From NCBI GenBank assembly GCA_038061795.1, contig JBBTYL010000003.1:41-64040 (forward strand): DNA of 64,000 nt, in the 5' to 3' direction. This document shows, piece by piece, positions 9,075 to 18,327 of this stretch (its first letter is position 1; each line of letters opens with the position of its first letter). The notes under the pieces are model-generated. The model was given only the letters and a program-made list of their open reading frames with translations, had not been told where the DNA came from and ran no database searches. The DNA comes from Patescibacteria group bacterium. Its GTDB lineage: Bacteria; Patescibacteriota; Minisyncoccia; Phycocordibacterales; PALSA-1337. Both the position numbers and the translations under genes were made by a program.

Positions 9075-9182
9075 TTAGTATCCGTACTTTGCCATTCCGT
9101 GGACAGCCAAGAGTGTTACTCCAGCTATGACCACAAAAAGAATTGGTAAAAGAATCCATCCGTGCTTTCGTGTTGTGTTCAT
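9075..9182 (-). CDS. Small single-TM protein, 35 aa (MNTTRKHGWILLPILFVVIAGVTLLAVHGMAKYGY)
   Basis: Hand-translated ATG..TAA ORF downstream of promoter 9235..9263 and upstream of 8703..9014. Confidence 0.3.
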   Translation of the reverse strand: MNTTRKHGWILLPILFVVIAGVTLLAVHGMAKYGY

Positions 9183-9234
9183 GCGATAAGTGGTTGTGGT
9201 TTATGTAAAGAACAATTTGAAATCCGTCGCTATT

Positions 9235-9263
9235 TATATATCATAAAATGGCTTTAAAGTCAA
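9235..9263 (-). promoter_or_regulatory. Sigma70-type promoter TTGACT-N17-TATATA
   Basis: Minus strand -35 at 9258..9263 and -10 at 9235..9240, with an exact 17-nt spacer. Overlaps the end of the upstream peptidase gene. Confidence 0.45.
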
Positions 9264-9265
9264 TA

Positions 9266-11071
9266 CTATTTCAAACTCTTAAGCCACTCTTTATATTTCA
9301 CCTCCATCTCCTCAAAGCTCTTCTTGTTGTCCGCAATCTTCTGCTTCCCGTGTACGAGCGCTATTTTTGCATTTAATTTCACTGGCTTTATGTAAAGTGG
9401 CACTTTATTGAGTCGAGAAATTTTCTTTCGTGCACCTGAAAGGATTTCATCTACCGAACGCGTGACCTGCTTTATGTAAGTTTCAGCACTTCTTGGCTTC
9501 CCTGTTGCCATCTTTATAAATTCTCCAGAAGTGTAGAGCGATCCGTGCTTCCAGACTTTAGTCATTTCCTTTCCGACATTCGGGTTATCAACGATATATC
9601 CGTATTTTTTAAGAAAGTATTCACGCCATTGCGCCACCCCGAGTTCCGCAAGGCCATAGCCATGATAGTAAGCTGAGCTTTCCCAAGAATAAATATGCGG
9701 AACATTCAAAATAGAAATGGAATCCTCGGATTTATCAGAATACTTTCTATAAACTTCCTTTGCAGTCTCAAGAATGAACTCTCGGGTCAGATTTTTGCAT
9801 TCATAAATAGCTCGCTCAAAATTCATCACAAACATGATGCTCATCATGTCGAGCGGCAAAAGTGGATGCACAGCCCGGATCTTCCTCTCAAAGAGATCAA
9901 ACGGATATGGATCGCCGTCCTTGTTTTTTGCGTAGCGCATTTTCCACTCTATGCTGCTTGAGATAGAATCCATGAACATGCTCTGTGTCTCCGACCAAGA
10001 AACCGTCGACGGCGGGTACTCTGTATTGAGGCAGACGTCTTTTTGAATTGAATTGAGCCTGTCTGCTGCATGGCCGGCCTCATGAAAGACCGTATGAATC
10101 TCCCGCATACCTGAGCCAAGCTGACCAAGAACAGTATTTGAAGTGAAATTTGCTGAACCCGGCAGTATTTTTCCTTTCTCGTCGTATCGAACAAGGGTTG
10201 GGTAATGACAAAAACCATTATCCCATTTTCCCTTGCGATCGAGCAGGTCCATCCTCAGTTCCCCGCCTCGGAAGTCAACGCCAAGCGCGGAAAAGGATCT
10301 GCCCCAGCGCAGAAGCGAATCCTTGAATGGGAAATACGGGTCCTCCTCCCTTGTAAAATCACCAGTCATCATATAGCCGAAATTCCAAGGCTTTCTCAAT
10401 CCCGGTTTTTCTTTTTCAAGTTCCTTGATATTGCCGAAGGCGTATTTGGTCTTTTCATATATTTGATCGAAAATCTCGAAAAGCTCATTTTTTGTCATTC
10501 CTTCATCAAGATGAATCTTGTAGTCATAAAAATCCTCATAGCCAAGGACCTGGGCATATTCATTCCTGCATTTTATTATCTCAACGAAGTCATCGAGCGT
10601 GTCCAGAGGCAGTTTCTCAAGCGCTTCAAAGCAGGCCTTGCGAGTGGCTTCATCAGGATTCGTGCGCATCATAGCTCGCATCCTGTTGCGGGATGCTTCA
10701 ACAAAGCTTCCGATTTTCGGATCAATGTAGCCCTCCTTTCGCGTGCTATGAACTTTCAGCACTTTCTCTTCAAGTTCAGCAACTTTTGCGCGGATAGGCA
10801 CCGCATAATCTGGAACCTGATAAAGACCGAAAAACCTGCTCCAGACCTGCAGTCTTTTCTTTTCGACGCCTTTTGCTTTCTTAATTGCTGTCTCAACCAC
10901 TGCTTTCAATTTTTTATTCGATCTGAAGGCACTTCTCTTTGCCTCAGCGTCATTCATTTTCTTGCCATCTTCCACAATTCCCATTCTCAAGTCCCAAAAA
11001 GCATTTTCAAAAGCAGCATGGAGGCGGGCGTAATCAGAATTCAATTTTTCCAAAAGCTGCTTAGAGGACAT
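9266..11071 (-). CDS. M3-family oligoendopeptidase (PepF-like)
   Basis: 601 aa with the zinc motif in TVFHEAGHAADR (HExxH). Length and architecture are typical of M3B. Confidence 0.85.
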   Translation of the reverse strand: MSSKQLLEKLNSDYARLHAAFENAFWDLRMGIVEDGKKMNDAEAKRSAFRSNKKLKAVVETAIKKAKGVEKKRLQVWSRFFGLYQVPDYAVPIRAKVAELEEKVLKVHSTRKEGYIDPKIGSFVEASRNRMRAMMRTNPDEATRKACFEALEKLPLDTLDDFVEIIKCRNEYAQVLGYEDFYDYKIHLDEGMTKNELFEIFDQIYEKTKYAFGNIKELEKEKPGLRKPWNFGYMMTGDFTREEDPYFPFKDSLLRWGRSFSALGVDFRGGELRMDLLDRKGKWDNGFCHYPTLVRYDEKGKILPGSANFTSNTVLGQLGSGMREIHTVFHEAGHAADRLNSIQKDVCLNTEYPPSTVSWSETQSMFMDSISSSIEWKMRYAKNKDGDPYPFDLFERKIRAVHPLLPLDMMSIMFVMNFERAIYECKNLTREFILETAKEVYRKYSDKSEDSISILNVPHIYSWESSAYYHGYGLAELGVAQWREYFLKKYGYIVDNPNVGKEMTKVWKHGSLYTSGEFIKMATGKPRSAETYIKQVTRSVDEILSGARKKISRLNKVPLYIKPVKLNAKIALVHGKQKIADNKKSFEEMEVKYKEWLKSLK

Positions 11072-12287
11072 ATTGGCCGTTCTTATATACCACCTTCGTG
11101 CTGCCGTCTTTCATATATGCAGTCACGGTTCGGGGCGCTGTAGAAACAATATCGGTGTGTACTGACGAGTCATTGTAACCAAGCCTCTCCCAGTCTTTCT
11201 TTGAAAGCTTGCTTGGGTCGCTGTTATAGCAATCATGATATGCATTACCAAGAGCAATGTGTGTATTTCCATGTGTACCACCGACATTCTCATCAAAAAG
11301 AGTTTCGGCCATGAATTTTGTAATGCGAGAAAATCTTTTGTCGGTCAAAGAAAATTCGCCAACCTTATCAGCATTTTCCGTGGCGATCATTTCCTTAAGA
11401 ACCTTTTCATTCTTCGTTGCAGAACTCTTTATAACTCTTCCATTCTTAAATTCAAGTCTGACATCATCAATAAGATTTCCATAGCGATAGAGCGGCTGAT
11501 TGAATTTTATCCAGCCTTCCGTACCTCTCCAATCTGGCGAAGTGAAGAGTTCAAAACTCGGAATATTACGTCCAGAACCCCCCATCCAGCTTCTTTTCTC
11601 GCCATGTTTGATCCAAAGATCAGCATCTGGCCCTTCTATATGGAATTTATCGACATCAAGCGCATTAAATTTTAGTCGGTAGGCTTCGAGCTTCTTGTAC
11701 AGAGCCTTCCAGGTTCCGATCGGATCCTTCTTATCAAGGTAGCAGGCTTTGATGATCTGGTCCCAGTACTCTTCAAGAGTCATACCAGCCTCCTTTGCCA
11801 TTGCAGGAGTTCCATAAAGTCCGAGAGTCCAAGTAAATTTGCCAGCATTCTCCTTTTTATTTCGCCATTCCATGTATGGCTTCATGGTCTTGCCGCGCTG
11901 CATGAGCTTCTTTGGTTCAATACCCTTGAGAGCATGCTTATTCGTCTCACTAATTATAAAGATGGAATGATCAATCTCGTCTATAAGGCCCTTAAGATGC
12001 TTTGACGGAAAGAATGAGAGCTGTTCCTCTTGCGCATTATCAAAAAAATCCCTATCGACATTGTATTCCTCATCGTTGCTTGGATAGTAGGTGCTGATGA
12101 CATGTCCTCCTGATTTCCATACGGCTTTTCTAAGCTCAAGAAAAAGCGGCTTTGAATATTCTTCAGCGATGATATTCACCACCTCACCCTTCTTGATTCC
12201 CTTTCCGCTATTTAAAGCAAAATTAACAAGCACTTTTGCGTACTTTTCTAGAATTTTCTGCGATGGCTTGTAATCACTTTTTTTCAT
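11061..12287 (-). CDS. M29-family aminopeptidase (AmpS/PepS-like)
   Basis: N-terminus ILEKYAKVLVNFALNSGKGIKKGEVVNI and C-terminal GGTHGNTHIALG / HTDIV motifs typical of thermophilic metalloprotease M29. Confidence 0.85.
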   Translation of the reverse strand: MKKSDYKPSQKILEKYAKVLVNFALNSGKGIKKGEVVNIIAEEYSKPLFLELRKAVWKSGGHVISTYYPSNDEEYNVDRDFFDNAQEEQLSFFPSKHLKGLIDEIDHSIFIISETNKHALKGIEPKKLMQRGKTMKPYMEWRNKKENAGKFTWTLGLYGTPAMAKEAGMTLEEYWDQIIKACYLDKKDPIGTWKALYKKLEAYRLKFNALDVDKFHIEGPDADLWIKHGEKRSWMGGSGRNIPSFELFTSPDWRGTEGWIKFNQPLYRYGNLIDDVRLEFKNGRVIKSSATKNEKVLKEMIATENADKVGEFSLTDKRFSRITKFMAETLFDENVGGTHGNTHIALGNAYHDCYNSDPSKLSKKDWERLGYNDSSVHTDIVSTAPRTVTAYMKDGSTKVVYKNGQYVL

Positions 12288-12973
12288 TATTTTTGTCCTG
12301 GCCTTTTCAATATGAAATCAATTTCTGGGGTCGGTCCGGCGATGTGTTCAATGATTTTCTCAGCAGCATATTCCGGCGCCATGAAATCACTGAATTCTGC
12401 TGGCGCCTTCTCGTCAAACAAATGCGTCTTGATTCCTCCAGGATATATTCCCACAACCTTGATTCCAGTTCCTTTTAACTCCTCTCTGATTGAATCAGTG
12501 AAACCTCGTACTGCCCATTTGCTTGCTGAATACATAGCTGAATTAGGACGTCCCGTGAGCGCAGAACTAGATACGATATTTACCAATACACCGAATCCTT
12601 GATTTTTAAAATAAGGCAGCACGGCGCGAGTTGCATTTACTGTCCCGAAAAGATTCACTTCGACGACCCTATGCGCCTGTTCCATATTGATCTCCCCAAT
12701 CGGCGCGTGCGGAAGCCAGATGCCAGCATTATTTATGAAAATATCGATCTTTCCGAATTTTGAGATGGATTTTTCAACAAGGCTAGTCATATCAGCTTCT
12801 TTGGTGACATCACCAACGACAGCAAATGCGCCGATTTGTTTTCCAAGTGCTTCAAGTTCTGTCTTATCGCGCGCAGAGACGACGACCTTCGCACCCTTAG
12901 CAATAAGTGCTTCCGCCAATGACTTTCCGAGTCCTCGGCTTGCTCCTGTAATGACGATTACTTTAATTTCCAT
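12287..12973 (-). CDS. Short-chain dehydrogenase/reductase (SDR) family oxidoreductase
   Basis: TGASRGLGKSLAEAL Rossmann motif, NNAG, and YSASKWAV catalytic YxxxK. Confidence 0.88.
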   Translation of the reverse strand: MEIKVIVITGASRGLGKSLAEALIAKGAKVVVSARDKTELEALGKQIGAFAVVGDVTKEADMTSLVEKSISKFGKIDIFINNAGIWLPHAPIGEINMEQAHRVVEVNLFGTVNATRAVLPYFKNQGFGVLVNIVSSSALTGRPNSAMYSASKWAVRGFTDSIREELKGTGIKVVGIYPGGIKTHLFDEKAPAEFSDFMAPEYAAEKIIEHIAGPTPEIDFILKRPGQK

Positions 12974-13559
12974 ATTTTTCTAAAATTTTAAAATCATTCT
13001 TCAAGGTCGTTATCTGATTACGATTGTATAGTGCCACACAAGGATGATACAAAGCAACTATTTCAATCGAACCGTATGAGGCATGCGCTTTGTATGCCTT
13101 ACCATGAGCCTTTCCTATGGGTTCCAGCTCAAGACCAAGTCCGAATTTCTCCATAATATAACCTAGAGCGTAACGTCCAAGGGTCGCTATGACCTCTGGC
13201 TGAAGAATCTCTATCTGGCGATCCAAAAACCCCCCGTAAGCCTCAATTTCTTCAGGCAATGGGTCCCTGTTCTCTGGCGGTCGGTCTTTTACTATATTTG
13301 TGACATATACGTCCTTGCGGTCAATGCCAGCGCTTGTCAAAAGTTCATCAAGCACCTTTCCAGCAGCGCCGCAAAACGGCCTTCCCGTCAAAGCCTCATT
13401 CTTTCCCGGAGCCTCACCGACGAACATTATCCGAGCATTATGGCTGCCCTCTCCGATGACTGGCAGGTATTTGTTTTTTGTACGGTATTTATAGAGAGGC
13501 GACGTCGAAAGCGCTAGAACCTCGTCCTTGATTTTCTTCAGCTCACCGGTTCTAGTCAT
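12963..13559 (-). CDS. Uracil-DNA glycosylase, family 4
   Basis: GEGSHNARIMFVGEAPGKNEALTGRPFCGAAGKVLDELL is the family 4 motif. Start set at the internal MTRTGELKK; the ORF track extends to 13706 across the upstream gene. Confidence 0.82.
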   Translation of the reverse strand: MTRTGELKKIKDEVLALSTSPLYKYRTKNKYLPVIGEGSHNARIMFVGEAPGKNEALTGRPFCGAAGKVLDELLTSAGIDRKDVYVTNIVKDRPPENRDPLPEEIEAYGGFLDRQIEILQPEVIATLGRYALGYIMEKFGLGLELEPIGKAHGKAYKAHASYGSIEIVALYHPCVALYNRNQITTLKNDFKILEKYGN

Positions 13560-14073
13560 AGAGATGGATATTGTCGTTGTCTTTGAGTGCCCTTCGCGAC
13601 AATTCCTTCGGCAGATATTCAATCCTGATTTTCGTATTTTTCTTGCAATAATCGTGTTCCCATCGTGAGCCGAACGATGATTCCCACCCGTAGATGAAAT
13701 GAACAACCGCTATTCTTCCGGAGGAGAAAAGCGGTTTATAAAAATTCTCAAGGATCGGTATGCAATGAATCTCATTCGGGTTCATTTTCTGCCACATTTG
13801 GCATAGACTATCCATCTTCTTCTGAAATGGAATCTGGCTGAATATGTTGTAGCCTTCATCCTTCGACAGTATCTCGATTATCTTTTCAAAGACATAAAGG
13901 TTACCAGGAACAGTCCCCACTCCGCCAGTCGAAATTGGCCCAGAAACCATGTGGATATCTCCTTCAATTTTTGAAATGACTCTCAGGGCGACTCGCGCAA
14001 GCTCATCAAAAGTCTGAGCTCTTGAGAGGGCTTGTTCGTCTTCGGTCGCCCAATGCAGGTAATGAATGCTCAT
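13552..14073 (-). CDS. Hypothetical protein, possibly nucleoside 2-deoxyribosyltransferase-like (DUF4406-like)
   Basis: 173 aa. VSGPISTGG resembles the (I/V)xGPMxG start of that fold. The assignment is weak. Confidence 0.35.
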   Translation of the reverse strand: MSIHYLHWATEDEQALSRAQTFDELARVALRVISKIEGDIHMVSGPISTGGVGTVPGNLYVFEKIIEILSKDEGYNIFSQIPFQKKMDSLCQMWQKMNPNEIHCIPILENFYKPLFSSGRIAVVHFIYGWESSFGSRWEHDYCKKNTKIRIEYLPKELSRRALKDNDNIHLYD

Positions 14074-14095
14074 AGTGCCTCCATTATAGAATTAT

Positions 14096-14938
14096 CTAGT
14101 TGATTCCGCAAACGCCGCGAATTTCAGAAATCACCTCCTCGCTTTCAGTCGGCTTCATTCCGATTTCCCTAAGAAAATTTGGCTGCTTGTAAATATCGGT
14201 ACATAGTACGACACCTTTCGACAAAAGGGCCTTTTTGTGGGCATTGGACAGCGAAACGAGGCAGGTGAAAGGATGCAGGCGGAGTTCCTCGATGATGTCC
14301 TGCAAATTGCCTTTGTGCGGGTAGTTCCACCCGAGCATTTTGACACCCTGGCACTCGCCGTAACGGATAGCTTGATCAGTGAATTTCGTATTCGTAATGA
14401 GCCAGCCTTCATCGAGCTTGCGGACAACGCCGCCATAATTGAACATGTTGCCGCGCAGATCATCGAAACGGGCTTTTATGTATAGAGCGACCTTGAGATC
14501 AGATTTCATCCCGAGTTCGTTGTGAAATTTCGCTTCAACCATCATTAGCTTGTCCTTGTTCCAAGCGACGACATCCACTTCATGCGCCACGCAGACGCCA
14601 AGCACCGTCTGATCGGTGAGAGTCTCATATCCCCATGCTTGGAATATGCGAGAGATGTATTTTTCAAAGGGAAACCCATCAGGGCCAAGCTCTGAAAGAG
14701 CTCGGCGAAGCGAATACTTGACCGCTATCGGCATGGAGTGCTTGCGGAGAAGCTTGAATGCTCGCGAATATATCTCGCTGGTTGGCATCCCATCGTACAT
14801 TTCCCTGCTGACATGATCAATCACGTCCTCGATGATCTGTTCGCTTCCGCCAGCGTTTTTTAGGGATTCCACGAGCTTGCTTTCCTCGAAAAGCTCTTTT
14901 GAGCCATCTGCCTTGGTGATGGTTATGAGATGATTCAT
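14096..14938 (-). CDS. ATP-cone domain fused to an Mrr-like PD-(D/E)xK restriction-endonuclease domain
   Basis: N-terminal ITITKADGSKELFEESKLVESLKNAG...SEIYSRAF is an ATP-cone. AHEVDVVAW...MVEAKF is a D...ExK nuclease core. Start codon shares an ATGA overlap with the mnmA stop. Confidence 0.7.
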   Translation of the reverse strand: MNHLITITKADGSKELFEESKLVESLKNAGGSEQIIEDVIDHVSREMYDGMPTSEIYSRAFKLLRKHSMPIAVKYSLRRALSELGPDGFPFEKYISRIFQAWGYETLTDQTVLGVCVAHEVDVVAWNKDKLMMVEAKFHNELGMKSDLKVALYIKARFDDLRGNMFNYGGVVRKLDEGWLITNTKFTDQAIRYGECQGVKMLGWNYPHKGNLQDIIEELRLHPFTCLVSLSNAHKKALLSKGVVLCTDIYKQPNFLREIGMKPTESEEVISEIRGVCGIN

Positions 14939-15990
14939 GCAGACAGTATACCACCACCAAGACATGCTTCGCCATCGTATACGACAAGCGATTGCCCCGC
15001 TGAAAGAGTATATTGTGGTTTTACGAATTCAACTGTTTTTTGGTCAGTGAATTTAACTTCCTGAAGTTCCTCTCTGTATCGAGAGCGGGCAAGCAAAATT
15101 TTGTTCAAAGGCACGCTTCCCTGATTCCAATTTATATCTGAAAGCGTGGTTTTTTTGATTCCGTTCGGCAAACTCCCCTCAGTTGTTTTGTTTGCAACAG
15201 TAATTGCGTTTTTTTCAAGATTTTTCGCGATTACATAATACGGTTGATCGTGGGAAGACTTTTTTGTAATCGTAAATCCGTGTCTTTCTCCAATGGTAAA
15301 AAAGAAGGCCCCATCGTGCTCACCTATGACATTCCCATTTTCATCAAGCACATCGCCCCTTTTTGGCTCAATGTAATGAGAAAGAAAATCTTTGATATCA
15401 ATCTTCCCGATGAAGCAAAGCCCTTGACTGTCTTTTTTGTCAGCATTTGGCAATTTAAACTTTTTTGCGTGCTTTCGCACTTCAGGTTTCTCGATGTTTC
15501 CCACGGGAAAAAGCGTCTTCGAGAGCTGGTCCTTGGTAAGTGTCCAGAGAAAGTACGACTGGTCCTTGTTCTTGTCATCTCCAGCTACAAGCTTTCCGGC
15601 CTTGATTTGAGCGTAATGCCCAGTAGCAACAAAATCAGCGCCCTGTTTCATTGCCCAATTGAAAAACCCGCCAAACTTCACGTAACGGTTGCACATCACA
15701 TCGGGATTCGGTGTCCTGCCGGACTTGTATTCTCTGATCATGTAATCTACGACGCCTTCCTTATATTCTTTTTCAAGATCAAGAGTCTCAAAAGGAATCT
15801 CGAGCTTGGCTGCCACGCGCATGGCGTCCAGGCGATCTTCTTTCCATGTGCACGTTATCCAGTCAGGCTGCCAAACCTTGATGAACACTCCCACGACTTC
15901 ATAACCCGCTTTTTTTAGCAACGCAGCAGAAACAGAGCTATCTACTCCGCCAGACATTCCGACATAGACTTTTTTCCTGATTCCCGACAT
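14935..15990 (-). CDS. mnmA: tRNA 2-thiouridine(34) synthase
   Basis: VYVGMSGGVDSSVSAALL PP-loop, SQGLCFIG, 351 aa. Confidence 0.93.
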   Translation of the reverse strand: MSGIRKKVYVGMSGGVDSSVSAALLKKAGYEVVGVFIKVWQPDWITCTWKEDRLDAMRVAAKLEIPFETLDLEKEYKEGVVDYMIREYKSGRTPNPDVMCNRYVKFGGFFNWAMKQGADFVATGHYAQIKAGKLVAGDDKNKDQSYFLWTLTKDQLSKTLFPVGNIEKPEVRKHAKKFKLPNADKKDSQGLCFIGKIDIKDFLSHYIEPKRGDVLDENGNVIGEHDGAFFFTIGERHGFTITKKSSHDQPYYVIAKNLEKNAITVANKTTEGSLPNGIKKTTLSDINWNQGSVPLNKILLARSRYREELQEVKFTDQKTVEFVKPQYTLSAGQSLVVYDGEACLGGGILSA

Positions 15991-16016
15991 GACTCGAGTA
16001 TAGGCTACCAGCGCTT

Positions 16017-16985
16017 TTATTTCAAATACGTGTTCTTGTTTGCAAGATGCCCATCGAACGTCGAGGCATACCGCATAACGCCGTCATTGCCGGTAAGATA
16101 GAACCAGTATGGAGTTTCGATCGGCGTTACGGTATCGAGGATTGTCGCCAAGCTTGGATTAGATATCGGGGCGATAGGCAGGCCCTTATTCGTATACGTA
16201 TTGTAAGGTGAATCGACCCTCAAATCATCAAGCGTAAATCCGCCTGCCTTGCCAGTCGTATAATAGAATGGCGCGTCGACTTGCAGTGCCATGCCCTTCG
16301 CAAGCCTTTTCCAAAGAATTCCGGAGATGATCCTCCTCGATTCATCGGCATATGCCTCCTTTTCGACTAGAGAAGCCATTACGACAATTTCGCCAAGGGG
16401 CCTTTTGAAAGCGATTATCTCTTTTTCAATGGTCGTAACCTTATCGTTGAAATTCTCTCTCATTGTACGGATAATCTCTTCAGGTTTGGCGTTTGCCAAA
16501 AAATAATAGGTGTCTGGGTAAAGATAGCCTTCATAATCATGTGCGAGCGAGACGAAGCGCGGAGCATTGAAATCAGAAAGGCTTCTAAGAAAAATATAAG
16601 CCATATCATACACATTCGTGCCCTCAGGGATGACGATGCGGATCTTCGGCTGTCCTTGATGCCCTTTTGCCATCCTGTAGGCAATCCTGAATAGATTCTG
16701 TTTTTCGGTGAACCTATAATCGCCTGCAAATATTCCGCGATTCTTGGAAAGGATTATTGACAAAGCCTTGAAAAAAAATTTGGACGATATGGCTTGCTCG
16801 CCATAAAGATTATTCGCGACTGATGATATCGTATCGCCCTTCTGAACATGAATATCGAATCTTTGGGTTGGAAAGTTTTTTGGCGGCTGCGAAATGACGA
16901 TAAGCGCTAGAGTACAAAGCGCCAGGATGATGAAGCTGACATTTTTCTTCCAGTGCTTGGAGAATGATTTGTTGAAGTATCGCAT
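16017..16985 (-). CDS. mltG: Endolytic murein transglycosylase MltG (YceG-like)
   Basis: N-terminal TM, EGYLYPDTYYF and SLVEKEA motifs typical of YceG/MltG. Confidence 0.88.
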   Translation of the reverse strand: MRYFNKSFSKHWKKNVSFIILALCTLALIVISQPPKNFPTQRFDIHVQKGDTISSVANNLYGEQAISSKFFFKALSIILSKNRGIFAGDYRFTEKQNLFRIAYRMAKGHQGQPKIRIVIPEGTNVYDMAYIFLRSLSDFNAPRFVSLAHDYEGYLYPDTYYFLANAKPEEIIRTMRENFNDKVTTIEKEIIAFKRPLGEIVVMASLVEKEAYADESRRIISGILWKRLAKGMALQVDAPFYYTTGKAGGFTLDDLRVDSPYNTYTNKGLPIAPISNPSLATILDTVTPIETPYWFYLTGNDGVMRYASTFDGHLANKNTYLK

Positions 16986-16987
16986 GG

Positions 16988-18298
16988 CTAGATCGGAAGG
17001 TTTGATGGTGCCTGGCTTCTCTTGGATGTGATGCGTGGAAGATTCGGCGTCTGTGCGACTTGACCAGGCAAATGATAAATCGTCGCAAGCTCTTCAACGT
17101 TGAGCACTATTGGCTTGCCTATCTCCGGCTTGTAAAAAAACGATCTTCTTTTGAAAGCCTCGAGGCCTTTTCTTTTTTCCCTTCTCTTGCGTATTCCCTT
17201 GAAATCCTGCCAAGGGTAATCAAAGCCGTCAAGCCAGTTGGTTACGCTGAAGCTGTTGAGATGGGGCGAGGCGAAGGCGCGAAGAAGCGAGCGCTGTGCG
17301 GATATGTTGGTTCCATCGAAAAAATCCTTCTTGCCCATATAGATAGATCTCAACCCCACATCGAAAGCGACCTTTGAGATGCTCCTTTCCAAAGCATAGA
17401 TTCTCTCCTGCTGGCCCTTCGTCGGGTTGGGGAACTTGGCCGTTGATGGATCGCTGCCCGGAGGCATCGCTTCTTTTCGAATTTTTTCAATCTCTTTCTT
17501 TGCTTGTTCCTTCCATCGATCATCCTTGCCAAACCATGTTCCTAGCTTCCTTTGTTCCTTCTTATGAGCCTTGATGATGACCTGGAACCAGCACTGTTGG
17601 TTTGCTCCGATCGAGCCCATGAATTCGATGACAGAGTTCAGCGGATCAACCTTGTTTTCTTCATCGACAATTTCTCTTTCTAGACCATAATCGACATACG
17701 TTTTGATTGGATAAGGGTCATGCGTGCCAAGCTCATAGTCAATGACATAAAGATCCATCTCCTTCGGATCGTAATGAACAGATCTCGCATAATCAGGAAT
17801 TTCGTGCATCTCTATGTTCGGATACTGCGCATAAAGAGCGCTCTCAATGAGATTTCTGTATCTCTTCTGGGTGTAAATTATGAATTTCACCTTGCCTTCT
17901 ATGGAAACTATCTCGAATGAAAAATGTGCTCGGAGCTTGCCGTCCCACCAGCGGTCGATGAAGGTGGTTTCTCCTCCCGTCTGGCGAAGCGACATAAAAA
18001 ATGTCTCCATGGCCAAGGGCGATTTCGTTATTTCCTGCGGAAGCCTGATATCAAGCAATATCCACTCAAGCTTATAAATGAAACGAGATCGGACATATAG
18101 AAGCCACGTTCTCCAAAACGTATACATTAGAAAAAGAGGAAACCAGAAAAACGATGAGGCTAGAATGAAGGCAAACACGTCGCCGAACAGCTCTAGGTAC
18201 TCCATGCCAAGCTGTGGAGCAAAAAAGATGACACAAAGGGCTGGAATGATTATGGCGCTAAGCCAGAGCGGCGAATATATTACGACTTTTTCAAACAT
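16988..18298 (-). CDS. Hypothetical polytopic membrane protein with a large soluble C-terminal domain
   Basis: 436-aa ORF with 2-3 N-terminal TM helices. No family recognised. Confidence 0.55.
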   Translation of the reverse strand: MFEKVVIYSPLWLSAIIIPALCVIFFAPQLGMEYLELFGDVFAFILASSFFWFPLFLMYTFWRTWLLYVRSRFIYKLEWILLDIRLPQEITKSPLAMETFFMSLRQTGGETTFIDRWWDGKLRAHFSFEIVSIEGKVKFIIYTQKRYRNLIESALYAQYPNIEMHEIPDYARSVHYDPKEMDLYVIDYELGTHDPYPIKTYVDYGLEREIVDEENKVDPLNSVIEFMGSIGANQQCWFQVIIKAHKKEQRKLGTWFGKDDRWKEQAKKEIEKIRKEAMPPGSDPSTAKFPNPTKGQQERIYALERSISKVAFDVGLRSIYMGKKDFFDGTNISAQRSLLRAFASPHLNSFSVTNWLDGFDYPWQDFKGIRKRREKRKGLEAFKRRSFFYKPEIGKPIVLNVEELATIYHLPGQVAQTPNLPRITSKRSQAPSNLPI

Positions 18299-18327
18299 AT
18301 GCCGCTAATTATAGCATATGAATTCTC

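Noticed and set aside
10205-11143. 312-aa plus-strand ORF
   Set aside because: It is entirely antisense to the well-supported M3 peptidase gene. The sequence is low-complexity and Leu/Phe/Ser-rich with no recognisable motifs, so it is a typical shadow ORF.
15244-15918. 224-aa plus-strand ORF
   Set aside because: It is antisense to mnmA and has no motifs, so it is a shadow ORF.
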